Of a DNA stretch of 32,000 bases, positions 16,370 through 24,337 are shown piece by piece; within the stretch, counting starts at the first letter, position 1; each line of letters begins with the position of its first letter. Made by a program: the position numbers and the translations under genes. This stretch comes from Geotalea daltonii FRC-32. Lineage in GTDB: Bacteria; Desulfobacterota; Desulfuromonadia; Geobacterales; Geobacteraceae. The DNA is taken from the NCBI RefSeq assembly GCF_000022265.1, contig NC_011979.1, positions 1,380,001-1,412,000 on the forward strand. The letters are read 5' to 3'. The notes beneath the pieces are model-generated. The model did no database searches and was not told where the DNA came from. It saw nothing but the letters and a program-made list of their open reading frames with translations.

Positions 16370-17859
16370 TGGCCGAGCTGCCGTTGCTCTCCATACTGGT
16401 CTTCCTCCCCCTGGTCGGGGGGCTCTGTCTGCTGCCTTTCGGGCAGCAGCACCGGATAGCCAGGATCATCGCCATTGCCACGGCTCTGGCTGAACTGCTC
16501 ATCTGCGTCATGCTCCTTCTCTCCGTCGGATCGGTTACCAATGCCGTTCCCGGCTTAGCTTTGCTGCTGGTGGAGGACTACCCCTGGATCGATCGTCTCG
16601 GCATCCGCTATACCCTTGGCCTGGACGGCATCAGCCTTTTGATGGTGCTTCTGACCTCCCTTATCACTCTTATGGCCATGCTCGTTTCCTGGCGCAGCAT
16701 AAAGGATCGGGTGGCGCTGCACTATGCCACGATTCTCATCATGGAAACCGGCATCATGGGGGTCTTTCTCTCCCTGGACCTGGTTCTCTTCTACCTGTTC
16801 TGGGAGGTGATGCTGATTCCCATGTTCCTGCTCATCGGCATCTGGGGGCACGGGCGGCGCATCTATTCGGCGGTGAAGTTCTTCCTCTACACCCTTGCCG
16901 GATCGCTGCTCATGCTCCTGGCGATCATCGCCCTTTATCTCATCCACGGCGCCCAGAGCGGCAGCTATACCTTTGCCCTGCCGGCGCTGCTCCAGACCCG
17001 TATTGAGCCCACCACAGCCGGATGGCTCTTCGCCGCTTTCCTCCTGGCTTTCGCCATCAAGGTACCACTTTTCCCCGTCCATACCTGGCTTCCCGATGCT
17101 CATACCGACGCCCCCACCGCAGGCAGCGTAATCCTGGCGGGGCTGCTCCTGAAAACCGGCGCCTACGGACTGATCCGATTCGGTTTTCCGCTTTTTCCAC
17201 AGGCAGCGAAGGCAAGCGCAACGCTGCTTTTTACCCTGGCAATAATCGGCATCATTTACGGCTCGTGGGTCGCCTATGCCCAACGGGACATGAAGCGGCT
17301 GGTGGCCTATTCCAGCGTCGGCCACATGGGCTTCGTTGCTTTAGGGATCGCCGCGTGGACGCCCCTGGCCCTCTCCGGCGCAATCCTGCAGATGGTCAAC
17401 CACGGCATCACCACCGGGGCGCTCTTTGCCCTGGTTGGGATGCTGGACGAGCGGACCGGCACCAGGGAAATCGATGCTTACGGCGGATTATGGGGGAAAA
17501 TCCCCATGCTCTCCTTTTTCTTCCTTTTCTTTGCCATGGCTTCTGCAGGGCTCCCCGGCCTGAACAACTTCGCCGGGGAATTCATCATTCTTACGGGTAC
17601 TTTCCCCATAGCTCCGTGGGCCGTTGCCGTCGGCTTTTTCGGCGTAGTGCTCGGGCTCGTCTACCTGGTGCGCCTGGTGCAGGAGGTGCTCTTTGTCCGG
17701 GAGCGGCAGGCTCTGACCCTGCCTGACCTGTCCCTGCGCGAGGGCGCGCTTCTTACGGTGCTGGCGCTGATGGCGCTGTATCTGGGCGTCCATCCCGGCC
17801 CGGTACTGGAACTGGTACAGGCGCCGGTGCAGTTGTTGACCGTAGGGGGGGGGCCATGA
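16369..17859 (+). CDS. nuoM: NADH-quinone oxidoreductase subunit M
   Basis: ND4-family protein (FYLFWEVMLIPMFLLIGIWG; VHTWLPDAHTDAPTAGSV). ATG at 16369 overlaps the nuoL stop (TGATG). The track ORF starts at 16354. Confidence 0.93.
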   Translation: MAELPLLSILVFLPLVGGLCLLPFGQQHRIARIIAIATALAELLICVMLLLSVGSVTNAVPGLALLLVEDYPWIDRLGIRYTLGLDGISLLMVLLTSLITLMAMLVSWRSIKDRVALHYATILIMETGIMGVFLSLDLVLFYLFWEVMLIPMFLLIGIWGHGRRIYSAVKFFLYTLAGSLLMLLAIIALYLIHGAQSGSYTFALPALLQTRIEPTTAGWLFAAFLLAFAIKVPLFPVHTWLPDAHTDAPTAGSVILAGLLLKTGAYGLIRFGFPLFPQAAKASATLLFTLAIIGIIYGSWVAYAQRDMKRLVAYSSVGHMGFVALGIAAWTPLALSGAILQMVNHGITTGALFALVGMLDERTGTREIDAYGGLWGKIPMLSFFFLFFAMASAGLPGLNNFAGEFIILTGTFPIAPWAVAVGFFGVVLGLVYLVRLVQEVLFVRERQALTLPDLSLREGALLTVLALMALYLGVHPGPVLELVQAPVQLLTVGGGP

Positions 17860-19259
17860 CCACCTTCGACCTGTGGAGTGTCATGCCCCTGGCCATCCTG
17901 GCCTTAGGTGCCCTGCTCATCCTCATCATCGGTGCTGTCAGGCCTGGGGGCCATTGCACCGGCCTCGGCGTTGTCGCTACCCTCGGCGCCGCCGTCTGGA
18001 CCGTGGTCATGCCGCCGATACCCGCTTCACCAACACTGGGCATCGTCTTTGGCCCCTTTGCCCGCTTCTTCAGTACGCTATTCCTCCTGGCTGCCGCCGT
18101 GACCCTGCTCCTTTCCCACCAGTACAACAGGGAACGCCGCATCCAGGGTGAAGAATATCCGGCGACGGTGCTTTTTGCCGCCTTCGGCATGGTAACGGTC
18201 AGCGCCTCCACCAACCTCCTTACCCTGTTCCTCGGTGTCGAGGCCATGACTTTCGCCTTTTACATCCTCGTTGCCATGGACCTGAACAGTACCGGATCAG
18301 CGGAGGCGGGTCTCAAGTACCTCCTGCTCGGCGCCATTTCCGCTGCCTGCATCGCCTTCGGCATCGCTCTCCTCTATGCTGCGGCAGGGACCCTGGATAC
18401 GCGGGAGGTGGCCCGACTGACCCTTGGAGGAGGCTCCGATCCCCTTGCCCTTGCCGGTTGGGGACTGCTCCTCACCGGCATCGCCTTCAAGATTTCCCTG
18501 GTTCCGGCCCATCTCTGGACCCCCGACGTTTACCAGGGGGCGCCCACACCGGTCGTCGCCTTCCTTTCCACCGCCTCCAAAGGTGCGGCCATTGCTTTCC
18601 TCCTCCTGCTCCTCTTGGGGGGCGACGGATTTAAGGCCCTCCATGGGCCGCTCTGGTGGCTGTCGCTACTTTCCATGGTGGTTGGTAACCTGGCGGCGCT
18701 GCTGCAGTCCAACGTCAAGCGGATGCTGGCCTATTCTTCCATCGCCCAGATGGGCTACGTGGTGCTGGCGCTTTTGACCGGAACGGAGGATGGCTTTACG
18801 GCGGTCATCTTCTATGTGGTGGCCTACACGGCCATGAACTTGGCGGCATTCGGGGCTGTGGCAGTTCTTTGCCGGGGGGAGGCGGGGGAGGAGATCGGCG
18901 ATCTGCAGGGGATGGGTTACGGCAGGCCGTTTCCGGCGGCGGTGCTGGCCCTGGCCATGTTTGCCCTGGCCGGGATTCCTCCCACCGCGGGATTTATCGG
19001 CAAGTTTTTCATTTTCTACTCAGCCTTCAGGGGGGGCGAGATTCCCCTGGCCGTCATAGGCATTCTCACGGCCGCAACCTCGGCCTTCTACTACCTGCGG
19101 GTGGTGGTCAACCTCTACATGCACGCTGCAGTCTCGCCGGGCAACGGCAAGATCTCCGCCACCGAATCCCTCGCCCTTGCCGCTTCGGCGGCAGCCGTGT
19201 TCGCCATCGGCATCTATCCCCCTCCGCTACTCCAGGTAATCGGCAAACTCATCCCCTGA
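17856..19259 (+). CDS. nuoN: NADH-quinone oxidoreductase subunit N
   Basis: 467 aa, ND2-family protein (KISLVPAHLWTPDVYQGAPTPV; KRMLAYSSIAQMGY). ATGA overlap with nuoM. Confidence 0.93.
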   Translation: MTTFDLWSVMPLAILALGALLILIIGAVRPGGHCTGLGVVATLGAAVWTVVMPPIPASPTLGIVFGPFARFFSTLFLLAAAVTLLLSHQYNRERRIQGEEYPATVLFAAFGMVTVSASTNLLTLFLGVEAMTFAFYILVAMDLNSTGSAEAGLKYLLLGAISAACIAFGIALLYAAAGTLDTREVARLTLGGGSDPLALAGWGLLLTGIAFKISLVPAHLWTPDVYQGAPTPVVAFLSTASKGAAIAFLLLLLLGGDGFKALHGPLWWLSLLSMVVGNLAALLQSNVKRMLAYSSIAQMGYVVLALLTGTEDGFTAVIFYVVAYTAMNLAAFGAVAVLCRGEAGEEIGDLQGMGYGRPFPAAVLALAMFALAGIPPTAGFIGKFFIFYSAFRGGEIPLAVIGILTAATSAFYYLRVVVNLYMHAAVSPGNGKISATESLALAASAAAVFAIGIYPPPLLQVIGKLIP

Positions 19260-19350
19260 ATCCCCGGTAATCAATGCGGCAGGAAACAGGGCAACCAGAT
19301 ACCCCCCTGCATCCTGAGCTGCCCATGGTTCTCTCGAAAAAAATTAAATC

Positions 19351-19378
19351 TTGTTTTATCTAGAAAACTAACTAAAAT
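19351..19378 (+). promoter_or_regulatory. Weak promoter candidate in the AT-rich spacer
   Basis: TTGTTT (19351-19356), a 16-nt spacer, then TAAAAT (19373-19378), inside a roughly 75-bp AT-rich island. Confidence 0.3.
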
Positions 19379-19387
19379 AATCATCTT

Positions 19388-19407
19388 AATTAATAGAAAA
19401 ATTAATT
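19388..19407. promoter_or_regulatory. AT palindrome AATTAAT-N6-ATTAATT upstream of the sensor kinase
   Basis: Perfect 7-bp inverted arms separated by AGAAAA, 16 nt upstream of the kinase ATG. Confidence 0.35.
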
Positions 19408-19422
19408 TATCCGGCTTGTCCA

Positions 19423-21420
19423 ATGTCAGGTGACTCAGTTTTGCTCTTGAGGATGTACAGAACAGCGCTTGCAATCGTCTTTGCGCTGCTTGTTTCTCTT
19501 GGCAGCGGATGCGGTGGGGCAGGAAAAACTCCCCAAGCCCACAGGGGGGTGCTCGATCTTTCCACCGTGCAATGGCCCATTTCAACCATCATACCCCTTG
19601 ATGGCCAATGGGAATTCTATTGGAAACAGCTGCTGTCTCCCGATGATTTCCATAGAGTCTCTCCCCCGGCACCCTCTGCCCATATCTCGCTACCCGACCC
19701 ATGGAACAACCTCTTCATCCAAGGGGAAAATATCGGCCCACGCGGCTATGCCACTTACCGCCTGGTGGTGGTCCTGCCGGGGAAAGGGGAACGGGAGCTT
19801 GCGCTCAAGCTTGCCGATATTTGTTCCGCCTACAGGCTTTGGGCAAACGGCAAGCTTATCGCCGAAGGGGGTAGGATAGGGAAGGACGCCGCCGGGGAAA
19901 TTCCGAACCAATCCTTTCGCCAGCCCCGCCTCCGCGTGACCGGAGATTACGTGGAGTTAGTCCTCCAGGTGTCCAATTATCATTACTACCAGGCAGGAGT
20001 CGTCAATCCCATCCAGATTGGCCCGGTGGAGAAGGTTGAGGCGGCCCGCTTCAGGCAGTTGGGGGGAGTCCTCTTCTGCGCCGGCAGTCTGTTGATCATG
20101 GGCATCTACCATATTGCCATCTTCGCCTTTCGCAGAAGGGATGCGGCTCCCCTTTACTTCGGCGTCTACTGTCTTTGCTGGGTGGGAAACATACTGACCT
20201 CCAATGCGAACGGCTGGGTTGCCGGTCTTTTCACCGGCGGTTTACCCGATGCATCCATTTACGTGATCGACACCCTCTGCTTCGTGATAACGGTCGCTGT
20301 TTGCTACAGTTTTCTACGGACGCTCTATCCCGAAGAATTCAACCGGTATATTTCCTATGGGGCATGGTGCCTGGCCCTGATCTACTTGGTAATGGGGTTT
20401 GTCCTCCCAGCCATTACCGTTTCCTCAGGCCTCCCCGCCTATTATATTTATTCCATTCTGTTGATCGCATACAGCCTGTTCAGGCTCGGCGCTGCATTGG
20501 GGAACGACCGGGAGGGGGCCTTCTTCATTTTCATCGGCATCATGGTTCTCGGCGGGGCCGGTATCAACGACATGCTGCTCGACATGGGCGCGATTCACTC
20601 CGTGTACCTGGGACACATGGGGCTGTTCGTGTTGATCCTGTTCCAGGCGATGGCCCTGTCGCTGAGGTTTTCCCGTGCATTTTCGTGGGTGGAACAGTTG
20701 TCCGACGAACTGGCGGAGAAGAACCTGACCCTGGAAGAAGGGCTTGCGGAGAGAAACCGCCTGGAGCGGAAGATCATCCAGATCAGCGAGGATGAGCGCC
20801 GCAGCCTGAGCCACCACCTGCACGACGGTCTGTGTCAGCAACTTACCGGCGCCAGGCTGCTTTTTTCGGTATTGGGTAAGAATTTAGCCGGAGCCAAGGG
20901 TGTGAAGCCCGATATGCAGCGACTCTCGTCTCTTTTGGAAGAGTCGGTCAACCAGGCCTACGACCTTTCCCGCGGGCTCTGGCCGGTGGAGCACGATCCC
21001 CACGGTGTCAGTCCTTCCCTTGAAGAGCTGGTCCGGCGCCTGGGCGAGTCCAACGGCATCGACATTCAGTTCCGCCAGGAAAGGGGGTGTGCAAAATGCA
21101 CCAATACCGATGTCACCCAAATGTACCGGATAGCTCAGGAAGCGGTTACCAATGCGGTCAAGCATGCCCGGGCGCAAAAAATCACGGTCACCCTCGACTG
21201 CGCCGATCGCACCACGATTTCACTGGCGGTGGAGGACAATGGTATCGGCAGAGCTAAAGCATCCATGGGCAAGAGTGGGCTCGGTATGGGAATAATGTCT
21301 TATAGGGCGGGCATTATTGGCGGCAACCTGACTGTCACGGATGCCGTAGGGGGAGGGACACTGGTTTCCTGCACTGCGGTATGCGAACAACATGCGGAGG
21401 TGATTTCCAATGGGTTTTAG
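19423..21420 (+). CDS. Sensor histidine kinase: 7TMR-DISM type extracellular domain, 7 TM segments, HisKA_3 and HATPase (NarL-partner class)
   Basis: 665 aa. N-terminal signal peptide with LGSGC lipobox-like site. About 190-aa periplasmic domain (DGQWEFYW...). Seven hydrophobic helices between residues 210 and 415. Coiled coil. H-box SHHLHDGLCQQL. N and G boxes: EAVTNAVKHA, DNGIG, GLGMGIMSYRAGIIGG. Confidence 0.9.
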   Translation: MSGDSVLLLRMYRTALAIVFALLVSLGSGCGGAGKTPQAHRGVLDLSTVQWPISTIIPLDGQWEFYWKQLLSPDDFHRVSPPAPSAHISLPDPWNNLFIQGENIGPRGYATYRLVVVLPGKGERELALKLADICSAYRLWANGKLIAEGGRIGKDAAGEIPNQSFRQPRLRVTGDYVELVLQVSNYHYYQAGVVNPIQIGPVEKVEAARFRQLGGVLFCAGSLLIMGIYHIAIFAFRRRDAAPLYFGVYCLCWVGNILTSNANGWVAGLFTGGLPDASIYVIDTLCFVITVAVCYSFLRTLYPEEFNRYISYGAWCLALIYLVMGFVLPAITVSSGLPAYYIYSILLIAYSLFRLGAALGNDREGAFFIFIGIMVLGGAGINDMLLDMGAIHSVYLGHMGLFVLILFQAMALSLRFSRAFSWVEQLSDELAEKNLTLEEGLAERNRLERKIIQISEDERRSLSHHLHDGLCQQLTGARLLFSVLGKNLAGAKGVKPDMQRLSSLLEESVNQAYDLSRGLWPVEHDPHGVSPSLEELVRRLGESNGIDIQFRQERGCAKCTNTDVTQMYRIAQEAVTNAVKHARAQKITVTLDCADRTTISLAVEDNGIGRAKASMGKSGLGMGIMSYRAGIIGGNLTVTDAVGGGTLVSCTAVCEQHAEVISNGF

Positions 21421-22048
21421 AAAAAAAGCAGCCAGCATCTTCCTGATCGACGACCATCCCGCAGTAAGACAGGGATTGAAGCTGCTTCTTTCCCAGGAAG
21501 GCCACTCCATTAGTGGAGAAGCCGGTTCCCATGCCGAGGTGGCTTCCCTTCTGGCTTCCTCCCATGCCGATGTGGCGCTTCTGGATCTGTCCCTAAGCGA
21601 AGAAAGCGGCCTGGGTCTGATTAGCGGAATACGAAATGCCGGTATTGCAGTTCTTGTCTATTCCATGCATGAAGATCCGGATAGCATCGAGAAAGCCTTT
21701 ACCGCCGGGGCCGACGGCTACGTCACCAAGCGGGAAATGGCCGAAGCGCTCCTGACCGCAGTATCGGACCTTGTGGCCGGTAAGCGGCATATCAGCCCCA
21801 GGGCGGCCCAGAGCCTGGCGAGCAGGGCCGTAGATCACCCCGAGCAGGGCCGGGAGAGGCTTCTCAGTGATCGCGAAAAAGAAGTATTGGTAAAACTTGC
21901 CCTGGGAGAAACAAATGGGGACATAGCCGCATTCTTCGGCATCAGTGTCCGCACGGTGGAGTCATATTTTTCGCGCATTATAGCCAAGCTCGGCCTTGCG
22001 GGAATGAAGGAGCTGAGACGCCATGCCATAACCAGAAACCACCGGTAG
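21410..22048 (+). CDS. Response regulator, receiver plus LuxR/NarL-type HTH
   Basis: 212 aa. Receiver (IFLIDDHPAVRQGL, DVALLDLSL, GADGYVTK) and HTH (LSDREKEVLVKLALGETNGDIAAFFGISVRTVESYFSRI). Overlaps the kinase gene by 11 nt. Confidence 0.9.
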   Translation: MGFRKKAASIFLIDDHPAVRQGLKLLLSQEGHSISGEAGSHAEVASLLASSHADVALLDLSLSEESGLGLISGIRNAGIAVLVYSMHEDPDSIEKAFTAGADGYVTKREMAEALLTAVSDLVAGKRHISPRAAQSLASRAVDHPEQGRERLLSDREKEVLVKLALGETNGDIAAFFGISVRTVESYFSRIIAKLGLAGMKELRRHAITRNHR

Positions 22049-22152
22049 TAGATTCCTTCCCGATTTTTCCCTTCCTGCTTATCCTCCTGTAGGGGGATTC
22101 CCCCACAAAAAAACAGTATTTCCCCGTACATACAACGGTCCTGGGCGTGTTG

Positions 22153-22158
22153 TATAAT
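22153..22158 (+). promoter_or_regulatory. Perfect TATAAT -10 hexamer (possible promoter of the GNAT / tail-collar cassette)
   Basis: TATAAT at 22153-22158. Only a poor -35 (CATACA with an 18-nt spacer). Confidence 0.3.
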
Positions 22159-22182
22159 GAGAGCCCATTAGACAGAGCGACC

Positions 22183-22245
22183 AGCAGCAAAGGAGGACCG
22201 GGTATGGGGATCATGTCCCATCGCGCCGGTCATTCAGGTTTTGTT
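22183..22245 (+). pseudogene. Relic of a histidine-kinase G2-box region
   Basis: Reads SKGGPGMGIMSHRAGHSG, compared with GKSGLGMGIMSYRAGIIGG at the end of the intact kinase 1 kb upstream. The DNA is visibly alignable. No H-box or N-box is attached. Confidence 0.35.
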
Positions 22246-22336
22246 TCATGGAGATTCTTAAAAAACCGAAAAATTCTGATGCAGCCTCCACGGTGGTGCG
22301 CCGGCAAGGCCAACGTTTTCCGCGCAGGGGGACCAG

Positions 22337-22843
22337 ATGATTAAGGACGGTCAGATAGCCCTTCGATCCATAGGCGAAGGAGACCTGGAATTCCTCCTCC
22401 TGCTCTACGCATCGACCCGGGAGCCGGAGAAGGCGATGGTGGCCTGGCCGGACGAGCAGTGGGACCAGTTCATGCGGATGCAGTTCTCCCTGCAGCATGC
22501 CCAGTACATGAAGAACTACGAAAATCCCAGCTTTGACGTCATCCTGGTGAACGGCGTTCCGGCGGGGCGACTCTACGTCAATCGCAAAGCGGACGACTGC
22601 CGGTTGATCGACATCGCCCTCTTGCCGGAGTTCCATGGGCGGGGCATTGCCGGGTCGCTCATCGGGTTGTTGCTGCAAGAAGCCGATGAAAACGGTACCT
22701 CGGTCAGCCTGCACGTGGAAAAGAACAACCCGGTCCGCGACTATTATCTGCGGCTCGGGTTCAATGTCGCAGAAGACAAGGGGGTCTACGACTTCATGGT
22801 CCGCCCCGTTGGGGGCAAGGACCGTCGGTCGGGGGCAGTTTGA
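22337..22843 (+). CDS. GNAT-family N-acetyltransferase
   Basis: 168 aa. Acetyl-CoA motif A LLPEFHGRGIAGSLIGLLL, followed by VSLHVEKNNPVRDYYLRLGF. Confidence 0.85.
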   Translation: MIKDGQIALRSIGEGDLEFLLLLYASTREPEKAMVAWPDEQWDQFMRMQFSLQHAQYMKNYENPSFDVILVNGVPAGRLYVNRKADDCRLIDIALLPEFHGRGIAGSLIGLLLQEADENGTSVSLHVEKNNPVRDYYLRLGFNVAEDKGVYDFMVRPVGGKDRRSGAV

Positions 22844-22874
22844 ATCGGCAGTTGGAAGGGAGCAGGAGGAGCCT

Positions 22875-23171
22875 ATGACAAAACTGAAAAAAGAGGATTT
22901 CGAACCCCATCTGGCAACTGTTTTCCAGGTTTTGCCGTCCGGCATGGAGCCGGTTCCAGTGGAACTGGTCCAGGTGGAGGATAAAAGTTCGGCAGCCCTG
23001 GAAGTATTCTCCCTGATGTTCAAGGGGAGCACGGACAATGTCTTTCACCATGACACTCACCGGGTGCGCCATGGGGTCATGGGGGAACTGGAAATTTTCC
23101 TGGGGCCGGTGCACACCGGCAAGTTGGATGCTGTCTACTACCAGGCGATCTTCAGTTCGCCACGGGGGTGA
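22875..23171 (+). CDS. 98-aa conserved-looking hypothetical protein
   Basis: ATG at 22875 with AGGAGGA 4 nt upstream. No signal peptide, TM segment or motif I can name. Same strand and tightly packed with its neighbours. Confidence 0.65.
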   Translation: MTKLKKEDFEPHLATVFQVLPSGMEPVPVELVQVEDKSSAALEVFSLMFKGSTDNVFHHDTHRVRHGVMGELEIFLGPVHTGKLDAVYYQAIFSSPRG

Positions 23172-23186
23172 TTGCCGCAACGGCAG

Positions 23187-23235
23187 GATGTGATGCACCA
23201 GATGTGATGCAGGTCGCGGGAGAAGATATATCTTC
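23187..23235. promoter_or_regulatory. Direct repeat pair plus a perfect 14-bp palindrome upstream of the first tail-collar gene
   Basis: GATGTGATGCA at 23187-23197 and again at 23201-23211 (14-bp period). GAAGATATATCTTC at 23222-23235. Confidence 0.4.
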
Positions 23236-23255
23236 CAAAAAGAAGGAGGAAAAGG

Positions 23256-23777
23256 ATGAGTGATCAGTTTATCGGAGAAATCAGGATGTTCGGGGGGAAC
23301 TTTGCCCCTGTGGACTGGGCACTGTGCGACGGCAGCACGTTGCAGATCAGCCAGTACGACGTGCTCTATGCAGTGATCGGCACGTACTTCGGCGGGGATG
23401 GGATCACTAACTTCAAGCTCCCCGATTTCAGGGGGCGAATCCCGGTGCACATGGGAACGGGGCAGGGGTTGACGCCGAGGGGGATCGGCAATGCTTTCGG
23501 CACCGAGCAGGAGACGCTGCAGGTTGCCCACATCCCGGCCCATAACCATGTCGTCAGCGTCGGCGCCAACGCAACCACTGCCGCTCCGGCCGGTAACTAT
23601 CTGGGGAACAGCTCCAATTTCAGCCTGTATTCAACTGCTGCCGCGGACTCCCTCTTAAATCAAGACACAGTGGGGTTTTTCCCGGCCGCTCCTGCCCAGC
23701 CCCACTCCAATATGATGCCCAGTCTGTGCGTGAATTTCATTATTGCCACCAACGGGTACTATCCCCAGAGACCTTAG
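23256..23777 (+). CDS. Phage-tail-collar-domain protein, paralogue 1
   Basis: 173 aa. FIGEIRMFGGNFAPVDWALCDG, LPDFRGR, PAHNH, HSNMMPSLCVNFIIATNGYYPQR. RBS AAGGAGGA. Confidence 0.88.
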   Translation: MSDQFIGEIRMFGGNFAPVDWALCDGSTLQISQYDVLYAVIGTYFGGDGITNFKLPDFRGRIPVHMGTGQGLTPRGIGNAFGTEQETLQVAHIPAHNHVVSVGANATTAAPAGNYLGNSSNFSLYSTAAADSLLNQDTVGFFPAAPAQPHSNMMPSLCVNFIIATNGYYPQRP

Positions 23778-23794
23778 GACAAAAGGAGAATTTC

Positions 23795-24319
23795 ATGGCA
23801 GAACCATTTCTCGGCGAAATCCGGCTGTTCGGCTTCAACTTCGCCCCCGTCGGGTGGGCGACCTGTGATGGTCAAATAATGCAGATCACTCAAAACCAGG
23901 CGCTGTACGCCCTGCTCGGCACGACCTACGGCGGCAACGGCACCACAACCTTCAACCTCCCCGACTTTCAGGGCCGGACCCTGCTGCACGCCAACGCCAC
24001 CTATGGCGAAGGGAAAGCCGGCGGCGTAGAGACGGTCGCCCTGGCGACAACCTCGGAGCTGCCGGTCCATAACCATGTGTTGGCAGCCAATACAGGTCCC
24101 GGCGGGTCCAACGTACCCCAAGGAAATATTCTGGCGGCGACGCAGAGCCCTGACAATACCAAAACAGCCTACGCAACGGCAAAGGCGACGCCGGTGGCCA
24201 ATCTGGCGGGAGGCACGCTCTCTCCGGCCGGTGGTTCTGCCGGCCACAACAACGTGCAGCCGTCGCTGACAGTTAACTTCTGCATCGCCCTGACGGGGCT
24301 CTGGCCCCCTAGAAACTGA
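23795..24319 (+). CDS. Phage-tail-collar-domain protein, paralogue 2
   Basis: 174 aa from the ATG at 23795 (RBS AAGGAG 23783-23788). FLGEIRLFGFNFAPVGWATCDGQ, LPDFQGR, PVHNH, HNNVQPSLTVNFCIALTGLWPPR. Confidence 0.88.
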   Translation: MAEPFLGEIRLFGFNFAPVGWATCDGQIMQITQNQALYALLGTTYGGNGTTTFNLPDFQGRTLLHANATYGEGKAGGVETVALATTSELPVHNHVLAANTGPGGSNVPQGNILAATQSPDNTKTAYATAKATPVANLAGGTLSPAGGSAGHNNVQPSLTVNFCIALTGLWPPRN

Positions 24320-24337
24320 CCACAAGGAGAGAATTAT

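Noticed and set aside
22092-22104. GGGGGATTCCCCC followed by an A-run as the terminator of the regulator gene
   Set aside because: The loop is too small and the run that follows is A rather than T. It is more likely another copy of the C5/G5 palindrome family.
22211-23038. 275-aa minus-strand ORF across the GNAT and small-protein genes
   Set aside because: The + strand ORFs have RBSs and a recognisable GNAT motif. The antisense product has no features.
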